Source of the DNA: Eledone cirrhosa | Taxonomy: Eukaryota | Direction of reading: 5' to 3' | Assembly (NCBI GenBank): GCA_964016885.1 | Contig: OZ024759.1 | Span: 21,576,001-21,640,000, forward strand | Length of the DNA: 64,000 nucleotides | Shown here: one piece after another, positions 22,979 through 36,304 of the stretch | How positions within the stretch are numbered: the stretch's first letter is position 1 | Layout: each line of letters begins with the position of its first letter | Notes under the pieces: generated by a model | Told to the model about the DNA's origin: nothing | The model's database searches: none | The model's input: only the letters and a program-made list of their open reading frames with translations | Position numbers and translations under genes: made by a program

Positions 22979-24729
22979 ATGAATGTTAGACGCTGTTTTC
23001 ACCCCTTCCTCAATCATCTTTGGTGTGCGACGTCATCACCCCTTGCTTTCCCAATCATCTCTAGTGCATGACGTCATCACCCCTTTCTTAATCATTTCTA
23101 ATGAGTGACGTCATCACCCCTTCCTGTCTCAGTTAGCTGTAGTGTGTGACGGAAGGATGGACGGAAGTCGCTCAAATTTATATATAGATATATGATAACT
23201 ATTTACACCCGAGATATAAGCTAACGAGGCAGATGGCTTAGAAGTTAGACAATTGGATTCGCAATTCGATTTATACCATACCAATATTCTACATTGTCAC
23301 GGAACGTTAGGCTGTTCAGAATATTAGTAATATATAGAGAAGTAAACTGCTTCAATAAAAAATACTGTTTTCGTCCATCTTACTTCCTTAAAGTCGCTAA
23401 AATATTGTAATGTAGTTAGTACGAAGCAATGTGAGGTATGTAATAAAAGACCGATAATTAAAAAACAACATCAAAGATAAATAATAGATCAGAAATGCAG
23501 GAGGCAGACTGGGTACTATAACGACTCCACGCATGCGTATTATAGACACGTAAGCCAGTTAAGGAAGAATACATCTAGAGTTCGTTTTGTTTTGAACTGT
23601 TTCAGCTCCGCATGAGAAGAGGGCATAACCCCGAAATATGTTAAAATACATTACTTTGTTTTGTTTTATTTGTCATTATTCGTATTTTTCTACCGTATTG
23701 TACAGGCTTTTTGAAAATTAATGGTCTTTTATTTCGTTAAAATATCAATTTGAAAAATATGTTTTTCCCTTTTAAGCATTTGAGTTGTTTACGAAGAAAA
23801 TATTTTGAACGTTTCAATTTTTTCTTTCAAAATCTTTGAATTCAAGATAAGAATCTTAGCATCTTCGAGAACTTCTGCATTGAAAAACGTGTTATTAATT
23901 ATATTCAAACCTGAATCATGTATATATTTCAAGAGTACAACTGCAATGTAAAGCTGTACATCAATATCTTGAATAAGCTGTATTTCATTGGTTTGATGTT
24001 ATAATGTCAATATTCTACACATGCTTTCTTTTATTGCTTTCAGCTCGTATGTTATATCAAGCAGCTTTGATAAAAACATCCCTTTAAATACATTGTTTTC
24101 TTTATAAATGTGAAACATCAGTTTTTCAATAGTTCAGAACAGATTTATATGTTTCAGAAGTCTTAAAATCCACAAGATTTATATGATCGAGTTGAAAGCA
24201 GAATAGAAGCAGACATTACCATGGCACAAACAGCAGTAGCGCAAAAGGTAGCTGTGGGTTTATGTATTCTCTCATCTATCATATACTCCCTATTTACAAT
24301 AGCTATTTCAATTTCATACGGAGAGATTGAACTGTCAATCGATGTTTTTGTTGTCAAGGTTGGGGGCATTTACAACTTAAGGTAACTAATGCTATGCTTA
24401 GTAAATATCACAAACTGTAATGACGGTAAATATATATATTACTAGCTGGACAAGTGATGTGTGTGTATGTAATAATTATTTTTTCTAAGTGTGTCTGTTT
24501 ATATATATATATATGTATGTGTAGATGCGTGTGTGTTTGTAATTCTATTTCTATGTATCTTTCTAAATAAACACACAAACACATATACACTCACACAAAT
24601 ATTATATATAAATATAATTTACACAAACACATATACACTCACACAAATATTATATATAAATATAATTTACACAAACACACATATATACGCACACACAAAC
24701 ACGCTCATAATCACAACAGCCAATGTGTG

Positions 24730-25190
24730 TAGTCAAGCGAGACCAGCCAAGCTCATGGATGTTATCCAAGCACCTTACTCATGGTGTACCCCTGGGTCTC
24801 TTGCTGGCTGGTTTTGCCTGTAAAATCTGTCCAGCGATTCTTTCCTGAGACATTCTAATCACATGCTCATAGTATCGGAGCTGTGATCTCTCAATTCGGA
24901 AAAGTAGCAGCTCTACTTGGAGTGACTTCAGCGATTCTTTCCTGAGACATTCTAATCACATGCTCATACTATCGGAGCTGTGATCTCTCAATTCAGAGAA
25001 GTAGCAGCTCTACATGGAGTAACTCTCTGATCTCCGAGCTACGCACTTTATCGAGTAATGTTACTAAAAAAAAAAAACCCTTCTGATGAGTTTAACTGAA
25101 TGTAAAATGTTCAGTTTTTGTCGGATCAGCCTAGATGGGCACTTACTTTGGTTTCAGCCATCCGTTCTGTGTCTATATATCGAATCAGTC
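24730..25190 (-). pseudogene. RTE-clade LINE C-terminal fragment with ~90-bp internal duplication
   Basis: RIERSQLRYYEHVIRMSQERIAGQILQAKPASKRPRGTP*VRCLDNIHELGWSRL. Segment ~24832-24922 is repeated at ~24928-25020. Confidence 0.75.
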
Positions 25191-25388
25191 TCTCTATTTT
25201 AAAATCTATACGGTGATATAGCTGTCCAAATATTATAACCACTAACATTATTCACAAGATGTATAACACCCACGAGGTTCGCACAATCGATCATAAAGCT
25301 AACATCCTACACTATGCGGCCATCAACCGAACTGAACAAATTTTTACTTTTGGTTGTTTGAATACTTCATATTTGTTTGTACACACAT

Positions 25389-25488
<100 letters not shown>

Positions 25489-25653
25489 ATATACATACAA
25501 ATATAGATATGTATGTGTATATATATATGTGTATGTGTACATGTATGGTATATATATATATTTATGTGTGTGTGTGTATATAAATACAAATATAGATATG
25601 CATGTGTGTATATATATATATATATATACTGTATATGTGTGTGTACATGTATG

Positions 25654-25687
<34 letters not shown>

Positions 25688-26208
25688 CTGTATATGTGTG
25701 TGTACATGTATTTATATATATATATATATATATACATACATGCACACACATACGCACACACGCACACATATATATGTGTGTATGTATATACATATATAAG
25801 TACATATATGCGTGCGTGTGCATATATGTATGGGAGCGTGTATGCATATATGTGTGTGCGAGCGTGTATGCATAACAACTTAATAAACATCTAGTTAAGC
25901 AAAGCTATATTAATATTTATATATACATATTTTTATGTATGTATATACATTTGGTTATATACATATGTCTATACATATGTGTTTACACATGTTATATATA
26001 TTATTCACACACACACACACACACATATGTATATACATATATATATATTCACACACACATATATATATACATATATATATATTCACACACACACACGCAT
26101 ATATATATAAATACATACATATATATATATATATATACACATATATATATACACACACACATATATATATATATATATTCACACACACACATATATATAC
26201 ACATATAC

Positions 26209-26275
<67 letters not shown>

Positions 26276-26354
26276 TGTATATATATATAGCTACATATAT
26301 ATGTGTGTGTGTATATATATATATGTATATATACATGCATATATATTTATATAT

Positions 26355-26386
<32 letters not shown>

Positions 26387-26814
26387 GATCGCTCGGTTTG
26401 TTGAAGTTAATCCATCATACTGTTGGCGTAAACGGTGTGAGGAAGCTATAAATCAGACGAGATATCGAACAGAATTAAATATATTCAAATTTATGGTACA
26501 AGAAGAGCTAGTAACATTGTATAGAAAGAAATATATATATAAATGTTTATGAGTCTATCATGTAATTTATGTATATGTGCAGCAGTTTACCAATAAATCA
26601 TGAAATACTAATGTTTGGCGTCCTTACAAAGCTACTTGAGATAGCTGTGACATGATCTCAGCTTAAGACATTCATAGCGAGACTTATGTTTATTGTACAT
26701 ATACATAACGTATTTGCCTATTATAAATTCAAGCTACTGCTAATAAACACATCAATTTATTTCTTTTCTTATAGGTTCATCAGCATTTCATCTCCGTTAA
26801 CAGTGTTTAAAGAT

Positions 26815-27070
26815 TTGTATGTCTTAGTGGTTAGAGAATTGGATTGGTAATCGTGAGGTTGCGAGTTCGACTCCCGGATAGGGTGATGCGTTATGTCCTA
26901 GGGCAAAACACTTTACGCATTTCACGTTGTTCTTTCTGCAAGGAGTTGTGGCTGCTAGATAGTATCAGCAATGGAAAAACCAATGGAAACATTGTATCCT
27001 TGGTCCGATTTGGAGAATTCTAATCCTGTTGGTAAATGAATGTGGTCTGGGATCTTGTCAATGGATTAAA
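26815..27070 (+). mobile_element. tRNA-headed SINE family D
   Basis: TTAGTGGTTAGAG (A box), GAGTTCGACTCCC (B box), GTCCTAGGGCAAAACACTTTA. Body shared with 36305-36550 and 6385-6525. Confidence 0.75.
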
Positions 27071-27247
27071 AACAACAACAACAAAAACAAAACAAAACAA
27101 GGAAAACAGAATGAGTTAAGTGGAGAGACTAGAACCGAGAACTAAGGTAATGTTTCTGGGTGATTATCCATCACAAGTACCGTCTACTGCTTACTTGCTA
27201 ATTGTCAGAGCTAGTGAAAATATATGATATTTTCTGGAATATACAGT

Positions 27248-27390
27248 GACTGATCGGCCTGATTTGCATATTAGCAGACTGGCTGATCAGTCAGATCTGC
27301 ATATTAGCAGACTGGCTGATCAGTCAGATCTGCATATTAGCAGACCCACTGATCAGCCAGATCTTCATATCAGCAGATAGGCTAGTCAGT
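27248..27390. repeat. 31-bp tandem repeat, ~4 copies
   Basis: CTGATCAGTCAGATCTGCATATTAGCAGACTGG-like units. Confidence 0.8.
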
Positions 27391-27451
27391 TTCATGTATA
27401 GGAGCGATTAATGGCCGGCTTTGCCACAGTTAAATAACTATATATCTTCTT

Positions 27452-27522
<71 letters not shown>

Positions 27523-27750
27523 AGAAGAAGAAGAACTGACCCAAATATTGGTATATTATTTATCGATCTCTAAAGGATGAAAAGCAAAGTTGACCTCGGC
27601 AGGGTTTGAACACAGAACGCTATGAGCTAGATCAAATACCGAGGTATTTTCAATCTGTCGTCTCTAAAGACTTCTGCCAATTTGCTGCCCCCCCCCCCCC
27701 CCACAATTCCAACCCGCCCGTCCCCTCAATCTATTTTATTTCTCATTCTT

Positions 27751-27786
27751 TCTTCTGATGAAGGACTAGCGTCCAAAACGTTAAGA
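27751..27786 (+). ncRNA. Minimal hammerhead family G, G12->A mutant
   Basis: TCTT-CTGATGA-A-GGAC-TAGC-GTCC-AAAAC-GTT-AAGA. Confidence 0.55.
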
Positions 27787-27982
27787 CCCTCTTCCTACTA
27801 CATCCTTTGGCTGTGCGGATGTTTGTTTAACCATCGTCTCAGTGTGTTTGGCCCTTAACGTATGTTGTAGCTCTGGTTCATCTGAATCATCGGGCGCTTG
27901 CCACACATCTCGGAAGTTGTTTTTCGTTAATTCCTAAGCCGAAATACGATTCTCGCTAATTTATATTTGTATGTATGTATAT

Positions 27983-28211
27983 ATATTGTTATGCTTTGGG
28001 AGGGTTATGTTGCCAATAAGAAACACACGCACCAGTTGCTTTCACTCCAATTTATTATAAATTAAATTTATAAATTTAAGGATTTATAAATTTCCGGTTG
28101 GTTGGTTCCACAACCGTTTCTTATTGGCAACATGACCCTCCCAAAGCATAACAATATCGGTTTCAACTCACGTTTTCAGATAAAGAATCTTGCTAAACAA
28201 ATTCAGAAACG

Positions 28212-28215
<4 letters not shown>
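27983..28215. mobile_element. Fold-back element family P1, second copy
   Basis: Inverted arms ATATTGTTATGCTTTGGGAGGGT.ATGTTGCCAATAAGAAAC / GTTTCTTATTGGCAACATGACCCTCCCAAAGCATAACAATAT, flanked by (TA)n. Confidence 0.75.
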
Positions 28216-28266
<51 letters not shown>

Positions 28267-28647
28267 ATGAGGCAATGATGAATTTACTTCTTCATAAAAG
28301 TTGTGACTCTTGTGACACAGCTGGTAGAGTGGTTAGAATGGTTAGAATGGTTAGAATGCCAGCTAACCGATTAATTTTATATGGTAAACACTAGTAGCAC
28401 TACACTGTGTTTAGGCCCCAGTTAATGGAGCTTTTTAAAATATTCCTGCCAGCATAGTTGTAAACAGATGTCATACCGAGATAGAATTCATCGCAAGGAG
28501 AAAACAGCCGGAAGCTAAACTAACGAACATTAAATCTTGCACCTCAGAGAGTTTAACAGTTTGGTGGACTATTATCATATTTAAGAGGGAGAAGGGGAAG
28601 GTGAGAGGGAGAAAGAGAAAGGTAGAGCGAGAGCAAAAGAGAGATAT

Positions 28648-28696
<49 letters not shown>

Positions 28697-28832
28697 GGAG
28701 AAAGAAACGGGTAGTGGGAAAAAGAGAAAGTGAGAGGGAGAGAAATAGAGAGAGATGAGAGAGAGAGAGTGAGTGTGTGGGAGAAAGAGGAAAAAAGAAA
28801 AAAGAGAGGAAGTGAGATAGATATAGAGATAG

Positions 28833-28865
<33 letters not shown>

Positions 28866-28937
28866 TTAAGAAAGAAAGAAAGAAAGAAAAGTGTGAGAAA
28901 GAGGGAGAGAGAGTAAGAAAGAACGATAGATAGAAAG

Positions 28938-28996
<59 letters not shown>

Positions 28997-29065
28997 CAAA
29001 TACTATGATACTATGAAAAACTGAAATAAGCCCGGCAGCAACAATAGAGGATTTTAGTGAATTGG

Positions 29066-29258
29066 AAAAATAAAAATAAAAATAAAAATAAAAATAAAAA
29101 TAAAAATAAAAATAAAAATAAAAATAAAAATAAAAATAAAAATAAAAATAAAAATAAAAATAAAGATAAAAATAAAAATTAAAATAAAAATAAAAATAAA
29201 AATTAAAATAAAAATAAAAATAAAAATAAAAATAAAAATAAAAATAAAAATAAAAATA
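29066..29258. repeat. (AAAAAT)n hexanucleotide microsatellite
   Basis: About 30 units, read directly. Confidence 0.95.
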
Positions 29259-29771
29259 ATTTTTTTTTTCAAATCAAATAAAATCAAATAAAATAATTTT
29301 AAAAACTAAAAACCTCCTATTTAAGGGATTAGCTTGTGTGTGAAAATATTAGTTGAAATGTTACACTGATATCATATCATATCTGTTAAAGGAGAGGAGA
29401 GGGGATTGCCATACACTTTCTGTCCTTTACTGCTTTCGAGAGCATTAAACTGCGACCATGCTGGGGCACAACTTTGAAGCGATTCTACTTTATTTCTTCT
29501 TATAATTTTCTTCCGTAACTCCCAATGGAGTCGTAGAGACGTCGTAACCTCATACGGGTATTTCTTTTAAAAACCTGGCGGAGTTCATCTTCTCTCCAAC
29601 TCTGAACACAGACAATATCTTCTAGAGAGAGAGCGGGAGAGAGAGAGGGGGAAAGAGAGAGCGATATATATATATATGTATATAGAGAGAGAGAGAGAGG
29701 CCGTGGCAAAGAGATAAAAAGTAAGAATCAACCCCACTACTAGGCTAGTACTTTATTGATCGACCTCGAAA

Positions 29772-29828
<57 letters not shown>

Positions 29829-29862
29829 TGTGTGTGTATATATATATATATATATGTATATG

Positions 29863-29893
<31 letters not shown>

Positions 29894-30639
29894 GTAAACT
29901 TTAAAAAATTAACAAAAAGAGGCAACGAAGGAAAAACAATTTTTTAAGGGGAAACCTTAAAAAATTATTTCCAAAAATAAAAAGACAAACGAAGGACACA
30001 GAACTCCGGGTTCATCACCCGTTGAGGTGGACTTTGAAACTCTGAACCCCTATCAACCATACTGCTAGTCCACCCGGGGTCACAGCGTCTGACACAAGTC
30101 AAACGCTGTCCAGTGGAGTAAGAGACGAAAGACAAAACATTAATTTATAGCAATTAAGCCACAACAAGTATACATAAAATTTTATGTGATGTCAAGAAAA
30201 AAGTTTGGTACCTCTTATAGCACGAGAGTCATGAATGAAAAATAAAAAAACAATATATGGTGTGACAAGGTTATCTCTTTGAATTACAGATACAGTCAAT
30301 CTAATGGCCTTTCAAATACTACCTGTCTACCAAATTTCATTCAGAAAGGTTTGATAGACCCATGGCTATAATATATAATAATTGTTTCTACTTTTGGCAC
30401 AAGACCAGTGTATTACTGGTACTTTATTTTATCGATCTCGTAAGGATGAATATAAAATAATAATTGTTTAAAATGCCACGCGGTCGAATCGAACCCAGGA
30501 CATTATAGTTGCAATGGGAAACTGCTCAAATGTTCGACGATATTGTGTCCACATTACAGTGTAGAAATATATTGATTTAACACGGCTCCAGATCGATTTC
30601 CAATCGTAATTCATAAGCTATAAACTGATTCTCCAGTTT

Positions 30640-31180
30640 ATGATTAGGTGAGTCAGAAAAATAAAACTGGCAGGCTCTCCGGTTAAAGAGATCACAAAAT
30701 GGCTCCGGATTACATCAGAAGAAAATAACTGCTCCTACCCCACCTTCGCGGTAGGCTCTTCGGTTAAAGAGATCACAATATGGCCTCAGATTATATCAGA
30801 AGAAAATCTGGCTATCCAGTTAAGATCATAATACGGCTTCAGATAGCCTTCCAGTTTTGATATAAACTGCACTATCCCCCACCTTCGTTAAGGACATCTT
30901 TATATGACCTCAGATTAGGCTAGAAGAAAATAACTGCCCCTATCCCACCTTTGTTAAGGATATCATAATATGGCTTCTGATGAGGTCAGAAGAAAATCTG
31001 GCTATTCAGTTAAGATCACAATACGGCCTCAGATAGATTTCAAATTTTGCGATAAATTGCTCCCACCACCACCACCTATTGGAGTTTAAAAGATCAAAAT
31101 ACGGTCTTAGATGAGAGGAGAAGAAAACAACTGCCACTACCCCCCACCCGTTAAGGAGATCACAATATGGCTTCTGAAGA
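30640..31180. repeat. Diverged 40-65-bp tandem repeat
   Basis: Recurrent GTTAA.GAGATCACAATATGGCCTCAGAT...AGAAGAAAATAACTGC...CCCCACC. Confidence 0.65.
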
Positions 31181-31649
31181 AAAGTAAAACACAAAAGACT
31201 CTTCCACACATTTATTTCATTCTAGTCTATTATTAACAAAAAATGCTGCCAGTGAACGTATTGCGTGCTGAGAGAAACAATCTAAATAATACTTTGACAT
31301 TTTAAGGTTTATCACGGTTCACTGAAGCAAGATACAACCAGAGTATTTTGTCTGCGATTCTCAGGAATTCTTTAAACCCAAATTCTTGGTTTCAGAGCAG
31401 CAGATCAAATCGCAGCACGCAAATGTAGCTCAATGCATGTAGGTCGGCAAATATAGCATCTTAGCGACAATAATATAATATAATATAATCCCTTTCCCTC
31501 TCCCCCTCTCTCATATATATATATATATATTTATATAAATGTGTGTGTGTGTGTGTGTGTGTGTAAAAGGTAAACAGAAATAACAACACAATCGGTACAG
31601 TATATGGAAGGAATATATTAGATTAACGCTTGAAATAGAAGGAAGAGGG

Positions 31650-31685
31650 TCTTAACGTTTCGGACGCTAACCCTTCATCAGAAGA
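31650..31685 (-). ncRNA. Minimal hammerhead family G, intact core
   Basis: TCTT-CTGATGA-A-GGGT-TAGC-GTCC-GAAAC-GTT-AAGA, with loopless palindromic stem III (ACGT). Confidence 0.7.
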
Positions 31686-31696
31686 AAGAATGAGAA

Positions 31697-31728
<32 letters not shown>

Positions 31729-31745
31729 AATTGAATATATATATA

Positions 31746-31845
31746 CAGGGTGTCCCAAAAAATGTATGCACACTTGGATTACTTGTACAGGCAATATTTA
31801 TTAGAATGCTGTTGAAATGTGTTTACATTTTTTGGGGACACCCTG
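31746..31845. mobile_element. Tc1/mariner-type MITE
   Basis: TIRs CAGGGTGTCCC / GGGACACCCTG with TA on both sides. Relatives at 31964-32036 and 57852-57935. Confidence 0.8.
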
Positions 31846-31963
31846 TATATGTATAGTTTCAAATGAAGCCCGTATGACTAAGTCTTTAGAATATGAAGTC
31901 AAAATAAGGGCAAAGGACAAAGACAATGGAAAATCAGCACACACACACACACAGATATATATA

Positions 31964-32036
31964 TAGGGTGCTCCCCCCCAATGTATACACACTTGAACAA
32001 CACGTAAGAGTGTATACACTTTTTTGGAACACCCTA
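31964..32036. mobile_element. Tc1/mariner-type mini-MITE
   Basis: TAGGGTGCTCC...GGAACACCCTA with TA flanks and internal TGTATACAC inverted repeat. Confidence 0.65.
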
Positions 32037-32170
32037 TATATATGTGTGTGTGTGTATGTATGTGTGAGTCAATGGTTCAGTCGGTGGGTAACCACAGTAA
32101 GTAAGACACTCAATACATTAGTGGAGTGTATACAACAAATTTAATATAGAAATGGCTTCTACGGGACTAC

Positions 32171-32237
<67 letters not shown>

Positions 32238-33054
32238 TGATACGCAGTCATGTTAGACGAGTAGAGCATGATTTTTCTGAGAGAGAGAAAAAAATCTAGT
32301 AAATTGGAAATATATCGGTAGCTTTTCACCAGTTGACTTAAAATCCATTCCACCGCCTCACCTGACGGAGTCGTAGGGGCGCCGTGGTGACATACGGTGT
32401 TTCTTGAGCATCTTAGGCCTGGCAGAGCCTATCCCTCTCCAGGTGTGAATACAGCAGATTTCTTCCAGAGAAGGTTAGAAAGTGAGAGAGAAGAAATGAG
32501 AAATAGATAGAGGAAGAATCTGCCCTAGTACTAGACTGGAACTTTTTTTTATCGACCTCGGAAGGATGAAAGGCAAAGTTGACCTCGGCGGGATCAGAAC
32601 TCAGAGAGCAGAGAGCCGAAACAAATACCATAAAGCATTCTATCCGCCGTTCTAAAGACTCTGCCAATTCACTGTCTCACCTACATTACAATATTTTTAT
32701 ACTTTCCACACATTTCAATTAATAGAACAGCCCTACCTTATTTGTATTTAGAATGTTCTTCAATGTTTCCTAGGGCCTATTTTCTTTTAGTTACATTGAT
32801 CGATACGTTGTGATATTACAAACGAAACCTGTTCAGCTATCAGCATAAGCTGTAATAAAATTGTCGGTCAAATGTTTTTAAATGTATTTTGAATAATGTC
32901 CCTGATTGTATTTAATCGGAAAAGAATAGAAAGCGAAAAATAAAATGCATTTATCGAAATATGAAATCTCATTCCGCATATGCCATGATAATGCTATTTT
33001 TGTAAAAGGAATTATAAAATTTTGTTTTATGAGAATTGAAAATCTCTCTCTCTC

Positions 33055-33185
33055 TACATATATGCATATATATATATATGCATATATATATGCACATATA
33101 TATATATATATGGAATAGAATGAAACGAAATTTCATTTCTAAATCTTAGTACGGCACTTACTTAAATACATACATACATACTTAC

Positions 33186-33258
<73 letters not shown>

Positions 33259-33312
33259 TATATATATATATATATGTATATATATGCATATATATATATA
33301 TATATATATATA

Positions 33313-33343
<31 letters not shown>

Positions 33344-33345
33344 GC

Positions 33346-33377
<32 letters not shown>

Positions 33378-33469
33378 GCATATATATATATATATATATA
33401 TGTATATATGCATATATATATGTATATATATGCATATATATATGTATATATATGTATATATATATATGC

Positions 33470-33500
<31 letters not shown>

Positions 33501-33518
33501 TATATATGCATATATATG

Positions 33519-33553
<35 letters not shown>

Positions 33554-33578
33554 GTATATATATATATGCATATGTATA

Positions 33579-33621
<43 letters not shown>

Positions 33622-33622
33622 G

Positions 33623-33678
<56 letters not shown>

Positions 33679-33696
33679 TATGTATATGTATATATG

Positions 33697-33749
<53 letters not shown>

Positions 33750-33764
33750 GTATATGTATATATG

Positions 33765-33816
<52 letters not shown>

Positions 33817-33965
33817 TTTATACACACACATATATATTCATATATATATATATATACATATATTTATACACACACATATATATTCATATACATATATATA
33901 AATATATGTATGCATTTATATAGTTGTTTATTAACTGTTGTGGAACTAACATATATATATAACTA

Positions 33966-33998
<33 letters not shown>

Positions 33999-33999
33999 A

Positions 34000-34072
<73 letters not shown>
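33055..34072. repeat. ~1-kb imperfect (TA)n array
   Basis: Direct reading. Confidence 0.95.
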
Positions 34073-34073
<1 letters not shown>

Positions 34074-34247
34074 GAAAGGGTGTGGTTAAGTCGTAAAATA
34101 CCAGGTAGACCATAACCCACCAGAGTACTCGATACTTGGGGTTGTAGAATGGGTAATATGAAAAGATTCAGGACCCCGACGGCTGAGATCCGGATCTAGC
34201 AGTCGAAACGGCCGGAGCTCAGCCGTCAGGGACCTGAATCTTTTCAT
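34073..34247. mobile_element. Fold-back element family P2 (diverged copy)
   Basis: Inverted arms ATATGAAAAGATTCAGG.CCC.GACGGCTGAG / CTCAGCCGTCAGGGACCTGAATCTTTTCATAT; homologous to 38845-39030. Confidence 0.65.
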
Positions 34248-34292
34248 ATATATATATATATATATATTTTTTTTTTTTCGTGAGAAAGGGAA

Positions 34293-34336
<44 letters not shown>

Positions 34337-34481
34337 AGGGTTGACGGACCCAGCATATTTATCAATGCCTGTACCGGTTGTATCTCAGCGCACTCAGTGG
34401 GCAATGTAAGATACATTACCAGAGTATACACATAGTTATTTGCCTCAACACAACACACGTAAAACGGGTGCCTATAAGGTT

Positions 34482-34591
34482 CCCAGACTCGAGTTTCTGC
34501 AGCACTAATGCAGCAGTAAGGTGCACTGCACCATCTGTTTGCATATATTATGCAACAATGCACAATCGGCTTATGTGGCTTCATCAGCGGG
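34482..34591 (-). ncRNA. Type I hammerhead ribozyme with 84-nt stem II region
   Basis: CCCG-CTGATGA-AGCCAC...GTGCTGCA-GAAAC-TCGA-GTC-TGGG, with palindromic stem III ACTCGAGT and canonical GUC triplet. Confidence 0.7.
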
Positions 34592-34639
34592 TATCGCCTA
34601 ATCAATAACCAATCGTTTCGATATAATCTCTCTCTCTCT

Positions 34640-34708
<69 letters not shown>

Positions 34709-34726
34709 GAGAGAGAGGGGGGGCTG

Positions 34727-34761
<35 letters not shown>

Positions 34762-35030
34762 AAGGGAAGAGGGTTGTTGAAAGAATAAAAAAGTGAATTA
34801 ACTGTATAGTTGTGAATAGGGAAGAGAGAATGTTCTCTGCCTTGTCCTTGTTAATTTCCAGAGTTAAGTTGCATTTTTTTAGTGAAACTGAAATATACTT
34901 CAGTTCTTGTAGCGAATCACATCATCGTCGCCATAACAACAGACAATAAGTAGATGACAAATAGATTTCTCCTCTACCAACTGTAGAGGAAATTTGAAAG
35001 AAATAGCTAGAGTGAATATATATGTATGTA

Positions 35031-35074
<44 letters not shown>

Positions 35075-35175
35075 ATCAATTTAAACTAGAGCTAATAAAC
35101 CCTGACAGAAACGAAAAACAAGATAAACTGAGAGATGTGAATAAAAAACAATTGAAAGAAGAAGGCCAATTGGAA

Positions 35176-35240
<65 letters not shown>

Positions 35241-35357
35241 AAGTATTTCCGTAGGAAAGTAAAGGTAAAGGAAAGAAGTGTGCTCTATGTATTGTACAGA
35301 GCTACATATATACATATATATCCCAGAGCCGGCTCTCGTCCCAGTTCTCATCTCCAC

Positions 35358-35690
35358 TGTAACACTTGTCCATTTATTTGTAACCATACCACTCTCACAG
35401 GCTCTAACGGTTAATTCCGTATCCACCACGCTTTCACCTGCGCATCAACCCACGTAGTCCATGTCCTCTGGTGTTTTCTTTGTCGGTCCATATACATCGG
35501 ACAAACAGGCCGCCGTCTGACAGACCGTTTCGATGTGCACTTGAAGGGCATACGACTCGTCATTTCCCTCCATACATGTCTCAATCCTTGGTGTCCTTTT
35601 ACATCAGAGATCACTGGCCTCGCGCACAAGGACTGAGCAGAGTCTGATTTTCAGCCTTTGATTCAAATTTGTGACTTAGTCTGCGTGCGC
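35358..35690 (+). pseudogene. Penelope-like GIY-YIG endonuclease fragment with Cys-rich linker
   Basis: CNTCPFICNHTTLTGSNG*FRIHHAFTCASTHVVHVLWCFLCRSIYIGQTGRRLTDRFDVHLKGIR, later SRTRTEQSLIFSL. YIGQTGR.L..RF..H is the PLE GIY-YIG signature. Not in the ORF track. Confidence 0.85.
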
Positions 35691-36304
35691 TTGGACGAGT
35701 TTGAAGATTGAGCAGTTTTATTTTTTCCTTTTTCACATTCACCGACTCACACACACTCACACACACATATATATATGTATAGTTCAAGGAAACAACAAAC
35801 AGAGGTACAACATTTCTTATTAGTTTCACGCTTTACATGGAAAAGGGGAAACGAAAGTTCGACGTGTCGGGCTCTAGCCCTTCTCCAGGAGAACAAAAAT
35901 AGAGACAGGATTACAAAGGATAGATACTATATAAACAAAAACTAAATCCAAAACAATTTGAACGTTATCAGTAGATGTAACCTTCTAGAAAAAAAAAAAC
36001 AATTAAGACATCCAATAGATCAATGATTACGACTATCTTGTATCAGAAAATAAACATAAATGAAATAAACACTGGTCAAATATGATCTACGAATCAATGC
36101 TTCAAGTAAATATTAAATTCTCAAAGAAAAACATATTTAATGTTAAAACTTCAGAATGAAATTTTTTTTGTTATCTCTTTCATATATTTGTTTCTGAAGA
36201 TTCATCAGCTTGTTAGCTAATATCCCGTCTCTCGGGGATATTATATTTGAACAAAAAAAAAACAAACAAAAAAAATTTATACAAAGATTCAAATTAATAT
36301 TTTA

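Noticed and set aside
23610-23645. GAGAAGA-GGG...CCC-GAAA-TATG-TTA hammerhead-like string
   Set aside because: CUGA core broken and no stem I.
25083-25125. CTGATGA followed by a hairpin
   Set aside because: No GAAA or NUH; lies within an RTE fragment.
26815-26885. tRNA-like sequence (also at 36305 and 60034)
   Set aside because: A and B boxes are present, but the cloverleaf is degenerate and continues into a SINE body; these are SINE heads, not tRNA genes.
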